Shown: positions 47,543-58,135 of the stretch, one piece after another | How the letters are laid out: every line of letters starts with the position of its first letter | Position numbering within the stretch: position 1 is the first letter of the stretch | The notes under the pieces: model-generated | The model's input: only the letters and a program-made list of their open reading frames with translations | Database searches by the model: none | Told to the model about the DNA's origin: nothing | Made by a program: the position numbers and the translations under genes | Assembly (NCBI GenBank): GCA_963792585.1 | Contig: CAWBWI010000004.1 | Span: forward strand, 64,554-128,553 | Length of the DNA stretch: 64,000 bases | Direction of reading: 5' to 3' | From: Candidatus Eiseniibacteriota bacterium | Lineage (GTDB): Bacteria > Eisenbacteria > RBG-16-71-46 > CAIMUX01 > VGJL01

Positions 47543-48489
47543 GAGGCGTCCTCCTTGGGAAGTCTCTTGGCGACTGGAAGATCCCGCGGAGGCTGGATCC
47601 CCGCGATCATCTCGGCGAGGAGCCCCATCGAGATGAACTGGATGCCGATGATCACGAGGATGACCCCCGCAATCAGGAGCGGGCGCACGCGAAGCCGCTG
47701 CTCCGCAACCCAGATGCCCGCCATGTAGACGTTCAGGCCCAGACCGATCGTCAGGAAGAAAACCCCGAGACGGCCGAAGACGTGCAGCGGCGAGCGGTGC
47801 CGGCCGCTATGGAACATCACGAGCAGGAGATCGAGGAAACCGTTGACGAACCGATCGGAACCGAACTTGCTGCTCCCGAATGGCCGGGCATGGTGACGGA
47901 CCTCCCGCTCTCCGACCCTCCAACCTCGCTGCTTCGCTAGAACCGGCACATAGCGATGAAGTTCCCCGTGCAGGTCGATCGTGTCGACGACGCCGCGCCG
48001 GTAGGCTTTGAACCCGCAGTTGAAATCGTGCAGTCGGATGCCGGTGACCCAGGCGGTGACGATGTTGAACACGCGGCTCGGGAGCTTCTTGGTCCAGGGA
48101 TCCTTCCGATGCCGCTTCCATCCGGAGACGAGGTCGTATCCGGAATCGAGCATCGCGAGCATTCCGGGGATCTCCTCCGGATCGTCCTGCAGGTCGCCGT
48201 CGAGGGTGACGACGAAGTCGCTCCCGCGGCACTCGCGAAACCCCATCGAGAGGGCGGCCGACTTCCCGCAGTTCGCGCGCAGCGCGATGAGCCGAAGCCC
48301 GGGCACCGCGCCGATTCGCTCCTCGACCCGCTCCGCGGTCCCGTCCACGGAGCCATCGTCGATCACGAGGATTTCGAACGGCCGTCCGAGCGGCGCCATG
48401 ACCGCGGCGATCTTCTCGACCAGGAGCCCGATCGACTCCGCCTCGTTGTAGGCCGGGATCAGGACCGAGATCGAGCAGGTAGGTTTCAT
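47539..48489 (-). CDS. polyprenyl-phosphate glycosyltransferase, GtrB/ArnC-like GT2 with two C-terminal TM helices
   Basis: The 605-aa track ORF is trimmed to the ATG at 48489 (ATGA overlap). [36 protein letters not shown], then the hydrophobic helices FFLTIGLGL.. and [21 protein letters not shown]. Confidence 0.85.
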   Translation of the reverse strand: MKPTCSISVLIPAYNEAESIGLLVEKIAAVMAPLGRPFEILVIDDGSVDGTAERVEERIGAVPGLRLIALRANCGKSAALSMGFRECRGSDFVVTLDGDLQDDPEEIPGMLAMLDSGYDLVSGWKRHRKDPWTKKLPSRVFNIVTAWVTGIRLHDFNCGFKAYRRGVVDTIDLHGELHRYVPVLAKQRGWRVGEREVRHHARPFGSSKFGSDRFVNGFLDLLLVMFHSGRHRSPLHVFGRLGVFFLTIGLGLNVYMAGIWVAEQRLRVRPLLIAGVILVIIGIQFISMGLLAEMIAGIQPPRDLPVAKRLPKEDAS

Positions 48490-49451
48490 TCGCCCTCCCC
48501 CGCGAGGAGGCGGGTCATCCAGGCGTTCATCCGCTCGATGCCTTCGGTCAGATCGACGCGGGGAAGGTAGCCGATCTGCGTCCGCGCGCGTGCCGTGTCG
48601 GCGCCGGTGTGCCGGACATCGCCGGGGACTTCCGGGCCGTGCCGCAGGATCGCAGGCTTGCCGGTCACGGTTTCCATGATCGCGAAGATATCCGTGAGCG
48701 CCACGCGGGATCCGCCACCTATGTTCATGGCGACGCCCGGCTCCACGCCGCTCTCGAGCGCCTGGATGTTCGCAGCCACCGCATCGTCGACGTAGGTGAA
48801 GTCCCGGGTCTGCCCACCGTCGCCGTTGACCAGGATCTCCTCCCCGAGGTGGATCGCCCTGAGGAAGCGGTGAAAAGCCATGTCCGGCCGCTGCCGGGGG
48901 CCGTAGACGGTGAAATAGCGCAGCGAGGTCGCGGGGAGACCCGAACGGACCGCGTAGAGCCGCACGAGGAGTTCCCCCGCGAGCTTCGTCACACCGTAGG
49001 GCGAGATCGGCAGTTTCGGAGCGTCCTCCGCGGTCGGAAAACGGGGCGCATCCCCGTAGACGGACGAAGAGGATGCATAGACGAACCGACGGAGCGAGCG
49101 CTCCCGCCCGGCGCACGCCTCGAGAAGCCGCTGGGTCGCCTCGATGTTGTGCGAAGCGTAGCCGTGGAACTGCGTGCCCCACGAGGATCGAACGCCCGCC
49201 TGCGCCGCCTGGTGGAAGACCGCGTCGACGTTTTCGAGGATCGGCGCGATCGGATCGGTGCGCAGGTCGATCGAGTGGAGGCGAAAGCCGGAACGCCCGG
49301 TCAAGCGGGCCAGATTCCGGCGCTTCAGGGCGGGGTCGTAGAAGTCCGTGAAGCAATCGACCCCGACCACCTCCTCGCCCATGTCGAGAAGGCGATCACA
49401 GAGGTGCGAACCGATGAAGCCGGCGGCCCCTGTGACGAGAATCGCCGGCAT
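48486..49451 (-). CDS. NAD-dependent nucleotide-sugar epimerase/dehydratase (extended SDR)
   Basis: 321 aa. [23 protein letters not shown] (YxxxK). Substrate cannot be assigned from the sequence alone. Confidence 0.85.
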   Translation of the reverse strand: MPAILVTGAAGFIGSHLCDRLLDMGEEVVGVDCFTDFYDPALKRRNLARLTGRSGFRLHSIDLRTDPIAPILENVDAVFHQAAQAGVRSSWGTQFHGYASHNIEATQRLLEACAGRERSLRRFVYASSSSVYGDAPRFPTAEDAPKLPISPYGVTKLAGELLVRLYAVRSGLPATSLRYFTVYGPRQRPDMAFHRFLRAIHLGEEILVNGDGGQTRDFTYVDDAVAANIQALESGVEPGVAMNIGGGSRVALTDIFAIMETVTGKPAILRHGPEVPGDVRHTGADTARARTQIGYLPRVDLTEGIERMNAWMTRLLAGEGE

Positions 49452-49454
49452 CGG

Positions 49455-51986
49455 CTACCGGGCGCCCAGCGAATCCCGCAACTCGGCGAGGCGCTTCTTC
49501 GCCGCGTCATCGGCGGGATGGCGCCGCACCCAGCGGTCGAGAACGTCGACCGCCTCCTGCAGACGGTTCTGCTCGAGGTAGAAGGAGAAGATCTCGCGCA
49601 GCGCCTCCTGTTCGTCGGGATTCTGTTCGTAGCCCCTTCGATAAATCTGCTCCGCCTCGTCCAGCCGACCCTGCCGTTCGACGGTCCTGCCCAGGAGTCG
49701 GAGGATCGGGTAATCGCCGTAGCCTCGATCCACCAACTGGCGGAAGGTCCGTTCCGCCCGCTCGAATTGCTCGCCCCGGTAGTACATGACCGCCGCGCTG
49801 TAGAGAACCGTTGCGGAGGAGGTCAGCTGCAACGCCTGCTCGGCGGCCCGGAAACCCTCTTCCTTGGCCCCCTGGTCGAGCAGCGACTCGCCGGCGCGGA
49901 TGTACCCGGCGGCGTAGTTCTGGACCAGCCTCTGGGCATTGTCGTCCTTGTAGACCGTCGCGTCGTAGGTCCCGTCCTTCTTCACGAGACCGCGATAGAG
50001 ATAGACCTCGCGGAGGTTGTGAAGGGTCTTGTCGACGTCGACCAGCTCCTCCTTCCCCGCATGCGCCTCCCCGAGCTTGAAGACGATCCCCTCCATCGTG
50101 AGGCGGTTCGTGAAGCCCATCTGGTCGGGCACGGTGACGGCGAAGTAGATGGGCCGCTTGCCGTACTCCCGCTCGATGATCCGGCGGCTGGCCACGTCCT
50201 TGGACCAGGTGAACTCGTCCAGGTCCGGCACGTACTTCCGGACGCCGAACGACTTCAAGTACGAATCGTACTGGTCGCGGCGGATCTCCTCCTGCGCGTA
50301 TGCGGCGAAGGTCTCGGGGATCCCACGGACTCCTTCGATCTCCTTGTCGTTCCAGCCGATGTCGACCTTCGGCGGATAGTCCCGCAGCTGTTTGAGGTAC
50401 CAGTCGGTGTTCAGGAGGCTCAGGTTGACGACCCGAATGTCCTTGCGAATCTTCTCGACCTCCTGGAGGTACCAGAGCGGGAAGGTGTCGTTGTCGCCGT
50501 TGGTGAAGAGGAGCGCGTTCGGCTCGAGCGGATAGAGCATGTTGTACGCGAGATCCCTCGCCAGATAGAAACGGCTCCGGTCGCGCATATGGTAGAAGTT
50601 CGCGCAGGTGAGGAGCGGCAAGATGACCCCGAGGACGGCGATTCCCCAACCGAGGTAGTGCCCGAGCTTGTCCTTGCCCTCGGAGTAGGCCCAGCGCGCC
50701 CAACCGGCGAGGGTCATGAACCCCAGACCGATCCACACGGCGAAGACCTGGAAGCTCATCGTGAAGAAGTAGTCCCGGTCGCGAACCTCGTCATCTTTGA
50801 AGTTCAGATAGAAGACCATTCCCAGGCTCGTGATCAGATAGAAGAGGAGCAGCGCGAGGAAGGTCTTTCGGTCGCGGCGCGCGTGTTCGACGGCGCCGAC
50901 CAGACCGACGAGATAGGGCAGGTAGAGGCCCAGCCAGACGGGCTTGAAGAACCCGAGCTGGTACTGATCGCGGATGTAGCGCCAGAAGTGCTTGGTGAAT
51001 TGCACGTCGAGCGGCGCGTTGCGGATCTCGAACGGGTTCACCGGTTTGTACTGGTCGCGGATCAGGGCGAGCCAGAATCGATGCCAGGTCGACGGGTCGG
51101 CTTCGTTGATCATCGGATGCTGCGCGGCGCGGATCGGCAGATAGAGATGGGTCAACAGCCCGAAGACGGCGAGCAGGAGGCACCAGAAGACGACGCCGCG
51201 CGGTCCCATCGGCGACCATACGCGCCCCAGCAGCAGAGAGCCGATCAATCCGAGGACGAGCAGGATGATCCAGCCTTCCTTGAGAATGGGGAGCATCGCC
51301 GGCTGCAGGCCCACCAGGATCGCGGCGACCACGAGCGCGCCGAACTTCGTCGGCGCCAGAGCGCGGTGGTCGACGAGCAGGACGAAGAAGAGCAGGGAGG
51401 GGACCACCAGAAAGGTCCCCATGTGGATCCCGGCGGAGACGGCGATGAGGTAGTAGGCAAGAACGAAGAGCCGGTTGTCCCGCTTCTCCGATCCTTCATC
51501 CCCCGCCCAGCGCACGACCAGCCAAAAGGCCGCCATGACGAATGCGCTCGAGAGCCCGTAGACTTCCGCCTCGAGCGCATTCTCCCACAGGGTGCGGGAG
51601 AAGGCGGTGAAGAGCCCCGCCGAGATCCCCGCGAGGATCCCGAACTCGATCGGGAGGCGCTCCGTCCGGCCGCGCTGTTGCCATCGGTAGATCTCGTAGG
51701 TGAGGAGGAATGCGAAGACGGCCGCCAGGCTCGTCGACAGGGCGGATAGATAGTTGACCCGGGTCGCGATCGAGCCGATCGGCAGCATCGAGAAGATCCG
51801 ACCGATCAGCGCATAGAAGGGCGTTCCGGGAGGATGCGGGATACCGAGGATGTAGGAGATCGAGATGAACTCCCCGCTGTCCCAGAACGGACAGGTTCGG
51901 GTGAGCGTCATCACATAGACGATCTGGCTGATCAAGAAGACCGCCAGCGCCCCCAACCCGATCTTCCGCGAATCGTCCAACTTCAA
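49455..51986 (-). CDS. GT-C-fold membrane glycosyltransferase, DUF2723/TMEM260-like, with a C-terminal TPR domain
   Basis: 843 aa. First loop motif FWDSGEFISISYILGIPHPPGTPFY, ~11-13 TM helices over ~480 aa, a soluble middle domain, and C-terminal TPR units (AAVMYYRGEQFERAERTFRQLV...). TTGA overlap with the GT4 stop. Confidence 0.75.
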   Translation of the reverse strand: MKLDDSRKIGLGALAVFLISQIVYVMTLTRTCPFWDSGEFISISYILGIPHPPGTPFYALIGRIFSMLPIGSIATRVNYLSALSTSLAAVFAFLLTYEIYRWQQRGRTERLPIEFGILAGISAGLFTAFSRTLWENALEAEVYGLSSAFVMAAFWLVVRWAGDEGSEKRDNRLFVLAYYLIAVSAGIHMGTFLVVPSLLFFVLLVDHRALAPTKFGALVVAAILVGLQPAMLPILKEGWIILLVLGLIGSLLLGRVWSPMGPRGVVFWCLLLAVFGLLTHLYLPIRAAQHPMINEADPSTWHRFWLALIRDQYKPVNPFEIRNAPLDVQFTKHFWRYIRDQYQLGFFKPVWLGLYLPYLVGLVGAVEHARRDRKTFLALLLFYLITSLGMVFYLNFKDDEVRDRDYFFTMSFQVFAVWIGLGFMTLAGWARWAYSEGKDKLGHYLGWGIAVLGVILPLLTCANFYHMRDRSRFYLARDLAYNMLYPLEPNALLFTNGDNDTFPLWYLQEVEKIRKDIRVVNLSLLNTDWYLKQLRDYPPKVDIGWNDKEIEGVRGIPETFAAYAQEEIRRDQYDSYLKSFGVRKYVPDLDEFTWSKDVASRRIIEREYGKRPIYFAVTVPDQMGFTNRLTMEGIVFKLGEAHAGKEELVDVDKTLHNLREVYLYRGLVKKDGTYDATVYKDDNAQRLVQNYAAGYIRAGESLLDQGAKEEGFRAAEQALQLTSSATVLYSAAVMYYRGEQFERAERTFRQLVDRGYGDYPILRLLGRTVERQGRLDEAEQIYRRGYEQNPDEQEALREIFSFYLEQNRLQEAVDVLDRWVRRHPADDAAKKRLAELRDSLGAR

Positions 51987-53117
51987 GGCCGCGCTCCTCC
52001 CCGCCCCTCGCGGACCACCCGCTGGAGCAGATCCTCCGTCTCCCCGGCCATCCGGTCCCAGTTGAACTCAGCCGCCCATCGGATGCCAGCCTGCCCCATC
52101 CTGCCCCATGTCGCCGCGTCGCTCAACAACTCCGAGAGGCGGCCCGCCAGGGCCGGGATGTCCCCGTGAGGGACGAGGTAGCCGGTCTCCCCGTCGCGAA
52201 CCGATTCCCGCAGTCCCGGAGCGTCCGAAGCGACCGCGGGGATCCCCATGGCGTTGGCCTCGATCACGGAGAGGCCCCAGCCTTCCTTGGGGGAGGTGTA
52301 GACCAGGACGCGGGTGCGGCGCAGGATGTCCAGCTTCTCCTCCCCGTCCTTGTACCCGAGCAGCCGCACGCGGTCGCCCAAGCCCATCGCGGCGATCTTC
52401 CGCTCCAAGGGTCCCCGGAAGTCCCCCTCACCGGCGATCCAGTAGGAGGCATTCGGCACCTTCTCCAGAACGCTCGGGAGGGCGTCGATGGTCAATTCGA
52501 TCCCCTTGTATTTCTTCAGCCGTCCCAGGTACAGGACGACCGGGTCCGGGGTTCCCTCCCGAGGCGGGGGCCGATAGGTCTCGTGGTCGATTCCGCAGCG
52601 GATGACATGGATCCGATCCGCCGAGATCCCCCGCCCGATGAGGTCATCCCGCGTGGTGTTCGAGAGCACCTGGAAGCGGGTGCGCCGATAGCAGAGGGGG
52701 ATGAGGCGCTCGTGGAGATAGACGTAGAGCCCGATGGGCAAGGCGGCCTCGCGAAAGACGGTCGTCCCGAAGAGGTGCGGGACGTTTGCCAGGACCGGCA
52801 CCTCCTTCTGGAACCACGGGCCGAAGAAGGGGATCTTGTTCAGATCCTCCACGATGACGTCGAAGCGGCGCCCGCGAAGCCGCTCCCACATCCCCGGCAC
52901 GATCCAGTTGAACGTGTAGGTCGAGCCCGATGCGGACGACCGGCATGCCGTCGATCGCATCTTCCTTCGGCGCGCCGGGCCACGCCCCCGTCAGAAAGGT
53001 GACCCGATGTCCCTTGGCGACGAGCCGGCGGTAGATCTCGTGAAGGATCACCTCGGCGCCCCCCATCTCGGGGTGGCGGATGTCCCGGTAGCTCACGATC
53101 AGGATCGAGAGCCCCAT
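51983..53117 (-). pseudogene. GT4 glycosyltransferase, one +1 frameshift near 52927
   Basis: The N-terminal 65 aa (MGLSILIVSYRDI..GGAEV..) are in ORF 52644..53117. The rest (STYTFNWIV...EGWGLSVIEANAMGIPAV..) is in ORF 51983..52960. Removing one G from ATCGGGCTCG restores VVRIGSTYTF. Confidence 0.82.
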
Positions 53118-53899
53118 CAGCGCGCGTCCTTCCGTCCGAGGGTGGAGATCATCGCATAGGTATGGAGGCCCAATCGCGTGTCCCGCGAATCGCTCCCGAA
53201 ACCAAGCCGGGCCGGCTTCGAGCCAGGCGCGGCGACCGGGGGTAGAGCGGTAGCCGCGCGATGCGCGCCTTCAAGAGCGTGTAGCGGAAGGCCGCGGTAG
53301 AAGAAACCCGGGACGGAACCAATCGCCCGGACGTGCGCACGATCGTGAAGCCCGCCTCGCGCATGCGCGCCTCCAGCTCGCCGGGCGAGTACTCCGTTTC
53401 CCAACCCGGCGAACCACCGGTTCATGGCGATCATCACGTGCTTGGCGATCGTGTAGACGTGCCAGCGCTGCGGCACGTCGACGAGGCAATGGCCTCCGAT
53501 CTCGGTGACCCGCTGGTTCTCGCGCAGGAGGGGGCGCGGATCGCGGAAGTGCTCCATCAGACCCTGATGGAAGACGAGGGCGAAGGAGCCTTCGCGAAAC
53601 GGCATCCGCGTTGCGTCCGCGCATACGCAGACGACCTCGACGCCCTGCTCGCGCGCCAGGCGGCGGATCACGTCGAAGGAACTGCCGACGTAGTCGAGGA
53701 CGTAGATCCGGGACCCGCGATGCGCCAGCTCGAGGCTGTCGCGGCCGGATCCCGCGCCCACCTCCAGGACACGATGTCCTTCGAGCGCAAGCCCGTCGAG
53801 CTGGCGCAGGATCCGGTCCTCGTTGGCATAGACATCCTCGATCGTCTCGGTCCGATCCTGCCAGTATCGGTCCCAGTGACCGCGGGTCGAGACGCGCAT
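53117..53899 (-). pseudogene. class I SAM-dependent methyltransferase, at least 3-4 frame changes in the last 300 nt
   Basis: LEVGAGSGRDSLELA..VLDYV motif I; intact to AMNRWFAG. Then WETEYSPGELEARMREAGFTIV, PGFFYRG, FRYTLLKARIARLP and HTYAMISTLGRK appear in alternating frames (53402-53230). Confidence 0.7.
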
Positions 53900-53939
53900 T
53901 GGCTCTATGGGTTCCTCTGGGCGGGATCCGTCCCGTCCC

Positions 53940-54498
53940 TCATTGCGGCGGTGCTCCGCCGACGTTACTCGCAGCGAATACGGACGTTAGCTTAACGGCG
54001 ACCGATGGGTCAACGAACCGAGGCTCCCCCTTCGGTCCGGGAGCCGGCGGCTCGAGGCTGCCCGGGCGGATCCTACGCGCCGCGGCGTCGAGCACACCGT
54101 TGACGAACGTGCCCGTCTCCTCCTCCCCGTAGCGGTCCGCGAGCCGGATCGCCTCGTTCAGGATCACGAGGACCGGCGTCTCGGAGATCACGAGCATCTC
54201 GGTCACGGCAAGGCGCAGAATCGCGCGCGAGACCGCCGAGACCCGCTCGAGGGACCAGCGCTCCAGCAGATTCCGTCAGATGTCGATCGATCTCTTCGCG
54301 CCGATCGCCCGCCCCGCGGGCCAGCCTCAACGCGAACGTGCGGCCGTCCGCCGTGAAGCGGAAACGGCCGAGCGAGAGCTCGAGGACGTCAAGCGGATCG
54401 TCGCCGGTGGAATCCGCTTCGAAGAGGGCGCGGAACACGACCTCGCGCGCGCGGGTGCGACCTCCGCGCGCCGCGTCCGGATTCACGGGGCCACTCAC
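53940..54498 (-). pseudogene. nusB: transcription antitermination factor NusB, one +1 frameshift near 54271
   Basis: RTRAREVVFRALFEADS... in one frame (GTG at 54498, GTGA overlap with ribH) continues as LLERWSLERVSAVSRAILRLAVTEMLV...GFVNGVLD in ORF 53940..54206. Confidence 0.82.
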
Positions 54499-54986
54499 CG
54501 ACGCCGCGTCTTCTCCGGCCCGCGGAGATGGGCGAGCACGCCGATCATCTCGAGGGCGACCGAGGCGGCATCGTAGCCGCGGCCGCCGCCTTTCAGCCCC
54601 GACCGTTCGATCGCCTGGTCGACCGCGTCCGCCGTGATCACGCCGAAGACCGTGGGAACGCCCGTGTCGTATCCGACCTGGAACAGCCCGCGGGAGACCT
54701 CTCGCGAGACGTGATCGAAGTGCGCCGTCTCCCCCCGGATCACGCACCCGAGACCGATCACGGCGTCGTAGCGCCCGGAGCGCGCGGCGACGAGCGCGGC
54801 CAGCGGAATCTCGAACGACCCGGGCACCCAGACGATCTCGATCGCCTCCTCCTTGGCGCCGTGCTGACGGAAGCAATCCAGCGCTCCCTGGATCAGCCGG
54901 TCGGTGACCGCACGGCTGTATCGGCTCGCCACGATCGCGAACCTACGACCCGATGCGTCGAGCGACGCGAGAAACTCCTTCGACAT
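54495..54986 (-). CDS. ribH: 6,7-dimethyl-8-ribityllumazine synthase
   Basis: 163 aa. FAIVASRYS, VWVPGSFEIP and GCVIRGETAHFD motifs. Confidence 0.93.
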   Translation of the reverse strand: MSKEFLASLDASGRRFAIVASRYSRAVTDRLIQGALDCFRQHGAKEEAIEIVWVPGSFEIPLAALVAARSGRYDAVIGLGCVIRGETAHFDHVSREVSRGLFQVGYDTGVPTVFGVITADAVDQAIERSGLKGGGRGYDAASVALEMIGVLAHLRGPEKTRRR

Positions 54987-55002
54987 CGGTCCCCCCTCCC
55001 TC

Positions 55003-56229
55003 TCAGTCGGCGTCGATCCGGAGCATGTGCCCCAGCTTGCTCTTCTTCGTTCCCAGATAGCGCTTGTTCGTCGGATTCGGGCGGACCTCGATCGGCACGC
55101 GCTCGACGACCTCGAGCCCGTGCGCCGAGAGGCCGACCCTCTTGCGCGGATTGTTCGTCAGCAGGCGGATCTTGCCGACGCCGAGGTCGGCGAGAATCTG
55201 CGCGCCGATCCCGAAATCCCTCTCGTCGGCCCGGAACCCGAGGCTCACGTTCGCCTCGACGGTATCGAGCCCCAGATCCTGGAGATGATAGGCGCGGATC
55301 TTGTTCGCCAGGCCGATCCCTCGACCTTCCTGGCGCATGTAGAGAAAGACCCCCTTGCCCGACGCCGCGATCAACTCCAGCGCGAGACTCCGCTGCTGGC
55401 CGCAGTCGCACCGCAGACTGCCGAGAACGTCGCCGGTCAGGCACTGGGAATGGACCCGAACGAGGACCGCCTCGTCGGGCTTGATCTCCCCCTTCACGAG
55501 GGCGACATGATGCTCGCCGTCGAGCATGTCCTCGAACAGGACCAGTCGGAATTCCCCGAAGGTCGTGGGGAACGGCGTCTCGGCGAGCCGCCGGATCAGC
55601 TTCTCCTTCTTGCGCCGATGTTCGATCAGCGCCGCGATCGAGAGGATCTTCAGCCCATGCGCCTCGGCCAGCTTCTGCAACTCGGGCAGGCGCGCCATCG
55701 TTCCATCCTCGTGCAGGATCTCGCACAGGACCCCTGCGGGGAACAGGCCGGCCATCGTCGCGAGGTCGACGGTCGCCTCCGTGTGGCCTGCGCGCCGAAG
55801 AACACCCCCCTTGACCGCACGGAGCGGAAAGACGTGACCCGGACGGGCGAGGTCTTCGGGGCGCGTCCTCGGATCGATCAGCGCGCGAACAGTCTCGGCA
55901 CGGTCGAACGCCGAGATCCCCGTGGTCGTCCCGTGGATCGCATCGACACTCACCGTGAAGGGCGTTCCGAGCTTCGCCGTATTGCGTCCCACCATTTGCG
56001 GGAGATCGAGGGCGGCGAGTCGCTCCTCGTTCATCGGAACACAGATGAGGCCGCGGCCGTGTCTGGCGAGGAAGTTCACAGCCTGAGGCGTGGCTTTCTC
56101 CGCCGCCATGATGAGATCGCCTTCGTTTTCGCGGTCCTCGTCGTCGACGACGATGACCATGCGCCCCGAACGGATCTCCTCGATCGCCTGCTCGACCGTC
56201 GTAAAGACGGTCTCCTTCGGCGCGCTCAT
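55003..56229 (-). CDS. ribBA: bifunctional 3,4-dihydroxy-2-butanone-4-phosphate synthase / GTP cyclohydrolase II
   Basis: The 605-aa track ORF is trimmed to the ATG at 56229 (ATGA overlap with ribE). [14 protein letters not shown] (DHBP synthase) and [20 protein letters not shown] (GCH II). Confidence 0.93.
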   Translation of the reverse strand: MSAPKETVFTTVEQAIEEIRSGRMVIVVDDEDRENEGDLIMAAEKATPQAVNFLARHGRGLICVPMNEERLAALDLPQMVGRNTAKLGTPFTVSVDAIHGTTTGISAFDRAETVRALIDPRTRPEDLARPGHVFPLRAVKGGVLRRAGHTEATVDLATMAGLFPAGVLCEILHEDGTMARLPELQKLAEAHGLKILSIAALIEHRRKKEKLIRRLAETPFPTTFGEFRLVLFEDMLDGEHHVALVKGEIKPDEAVLVRVHSQCLTGDVLGSLRCDCGQQRSLALELIAASGKGVFLYMRQEGRGIGLANKIRAYHLQDLGLDTVEANVSLGFRADERDFGIGAQILADLGVGKIRLLTNNPRKRVGLSAHGLEVVERVPIEVRPNPTNKRYLGTKKSKLGHMLRIDAD

Positions 56230-56855
56230 GCATCCTCCTGCGAATCGTTCTCGGAAGCGTGGATCGGGGTCAGGAGTGACTCGGCATACTTGGCGAGGAG
56301 ATCGACCTCGAGATTGACCTTGCGGCCCACCCGGTAGCTCCCAAGAAGCGTCGCCGCGACCGTCTTCGGAATGATGTGGACCCGCATCCAATCGACGCCC
56401 TTGCGTCCCACGGTGAGGCTCACGCCGTCGATGGCGATCGATCCCTTCTCGACGACATAACGCGACAGGCGGGATGGAATCGTGATTTCGAGGGTCGTCT
56501 CGCCCGGCTCGCGCCTCGTTCGACGGACCCGGCCGAGACCGTCGATGTGCCCCTGCACGAAGTGGCCCCCCAGACGGGAATCCGCACGCAGGGCGCGCTC
56601 GAGATGAACCGCATCTCCCACGCGGAGCCGCCCGAGCGTCGTGCGCCGAAGGGTTTCCGGCACGGCCTGCACGCGGAAGGCTCCGTCCGCGGTCCCGCTC
56701 TCGACGAGGGTCAAGCAAACCCCCTGAACAGCGATCGACGCTCCCTCGGTCAGATCTCCTTCCGGGAAGGGCGATCGGATCCTGAGATCTCGGACCCCGC
56801 CCCGGGTCCGGACCCCGCACACCTCCCCGATCCCCTCGACCAGCCCGGTGAACAT
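56226..56855 (-). CDS. ribE: riboflavin synthase
   Basis: 209 aa. [12 protein letters not shown] and the duplicated lumazine-binding repeat ([14 protein letters not shown] / [12 protein letters not shown]). Confidence 0.93.
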   Translation of the reverse strand: MFTGLVEGIGEVCGVRTRGGVRDLRIRSPFPEGDLTEGASIAVQGVCLTLVESGTADGAFRVQAVPETLRRTTLGRLRVGDAVHLERALRADSRLGGHFVQGHIDGLGRVRRTRREPGETTLEITIPSRLSRYVVEKGSIAIDGVSLTVGRKGVDWMRVHIIPKTVAATLLGSYRVGRKVNLEVDLLAKYAESLLTPIHASENDSQEDA

Positions 56856-56867
56856 TCCCGTTCTCCT

Positions 56868-58088
56868 CTACGGAGAATGTACCGCATTCCGGGCCCCGCG
56901 CACCGGGGCGATCGCGCCCCCACGCGGGCCTTCGATCACGACGAATAGGTCATCCCCGCGGCGCTCCGGGTCGGCCGTGAAGGCGGCCCGGATGGCCCGC
57001 GTGAGAGCTCGCGGCGGGAGGCGATCCGACCAGCCCATCCCGCCGCCGAGGATCACGGGGGCAAGGAAGAGCAGGACGCGGTCGACCGGCCCCGAGTCGA
57101 GGATCGAGGCGGCGAGCGTCGGGCCCGGCTCGACGAGGAGGTCGATCAAGCCCTCCGCGGACGCTCGCCGGGCGAAACCGGTGAGGTCGACTCCGCGGCC
57201 GGAGCGCGGCAGCTCCCAGATCTCCCAACCACACTCCTCGAACCGCCGCCGCCTTCTTGGAGCCGGGTCGCACGTCGCGACGATGAGCCGGGGCGCCCGG
57301 ATCCACCGGACACCGCCGCCGCGGGTGTGTGATCCGCTCCAGTTCCCCTTCCGCAGCGTATCGGGGAGAAGGCCCAGGTTCGGGCCCTCGTTACGCCAGA
57401 TCCGCGCAAGGCGGCATTCCGGGTCGAAGTCCAGCGAGGACGCGAGAACGATCCGGCTGACGGCGCGCCTGGAGGGGCCATGGGAACGCAGGCGGGGGTT
57501 GTCCGACTCCACGGTCCCGCGTCCTACTACGATGGCGTCTGCGTGGCCCCGGAGCCCGCTGACGGCTTGTCTCGAGTCCGGGCCTGTGATCCACCGGGAT
57601 CGGCCCCGAGCATCCGCCAGCTTTCCGTCGAGTGTGGCCGCCAACTTGAGGGTGATCCGCGCCCGTTTCGCCACCTGGCTCATGGAGAATGGGGCCGCGA
57701 GCTGCTCCGCTTCCTTCTGCAATAGGCCGAGCCGGACCTCTCGACCGTCCTCCCGGAGACGGCCCACCCCCCGTCCGCGAACGCGCGGATTCGGATCCTG
57801 CATGGAGATCACGAAGCGCCGGACCGCGGACTCGAGCAAGAGATCGATGCAGGCGGGGGTCTTCCCCTCGAACGTGCACGGCTCGAGCGTCAGGTAGAGA
57901 ACCGCGCCGCGCGGGATTCTGGAATCGCGCAACGTCGCGAAGAGATTGCGCTCCGCGTGGGGTCCGCCGAATCGCCGGTGGAACCCTTCCGCCAGGATGT
58001 GGCCACCCTGGATCAGGATCGCTCCGACCGGAGGATTTGGAGAGACCGATCCGCATCCGCGAGAGGCCAGATCGAGGGCACGGCGCAT
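56868..58088 (-). CDS. ribD: bifunctional riboflavin-biosynthesis deaminase/reductase RibD
   Basis: 406 aa. Deaminase [20 protein letters not shown] and reductase [11 protein letters not shown] motifs. It carries an insertion relative to typical ~365-aa RibD proteins. The upstream frame stays open (DEQDRIW), so the start is slightly uncertain. Confidence 0.88.
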   Translation of the reverse strand: MRRALDLASRGCGSVSPNPPVGAILIQGGHILAEGFHRRFGGPHAERNLFATLRDSRIPRGAVLYLTLEPCTFEGKTPACIDLLLESAVRRFVISMQDPNPRVRGRGVGRLREDGREVRLGLLQKEAEQLAAPFSMSQVAKRARITLKLAATLDGKLADARGRSRWITGPDSRQAVSGLRGHADAIVVGRGTVESDNPRLRSHGPSRRAVSRIVLASSLDFDPECRLARIWRNEGPNLGLLPDTLRKGNWSGSHTRGGGVRWIRAPRLIVATCDPAPRRRRRFEECGWEIWELPRSGRGVDLTGFARRASAEGLIDLLVEPGPTLAASILDSGPVDRVLLFLAPVILGGGMGWSDRLPPRALTRAIRAAFTADPERRGDDLFVVIEGPRGGAIAPVRGARNAVHSP

Positions 58089-58135
58089 CCAGATCCGGTC
58101 CTGCTCGTCGAATCGCTGATGGGGCCCGGCCAGGA

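Noticed and set aside
48609-51749. A 1046-aa plus-strand ORF spanning the epimerase and GT-C genes, the longest ORF in the track.
   Set aside because: It is an antisense shadow of two well-supported minus-strand genes. The composition is dominated by R/D/E/G/P/V/H, there are no domain-like motifs, and it crosses a gene boundary. Such ORFs are expected in GC-rich DNA because stop codons are rare.
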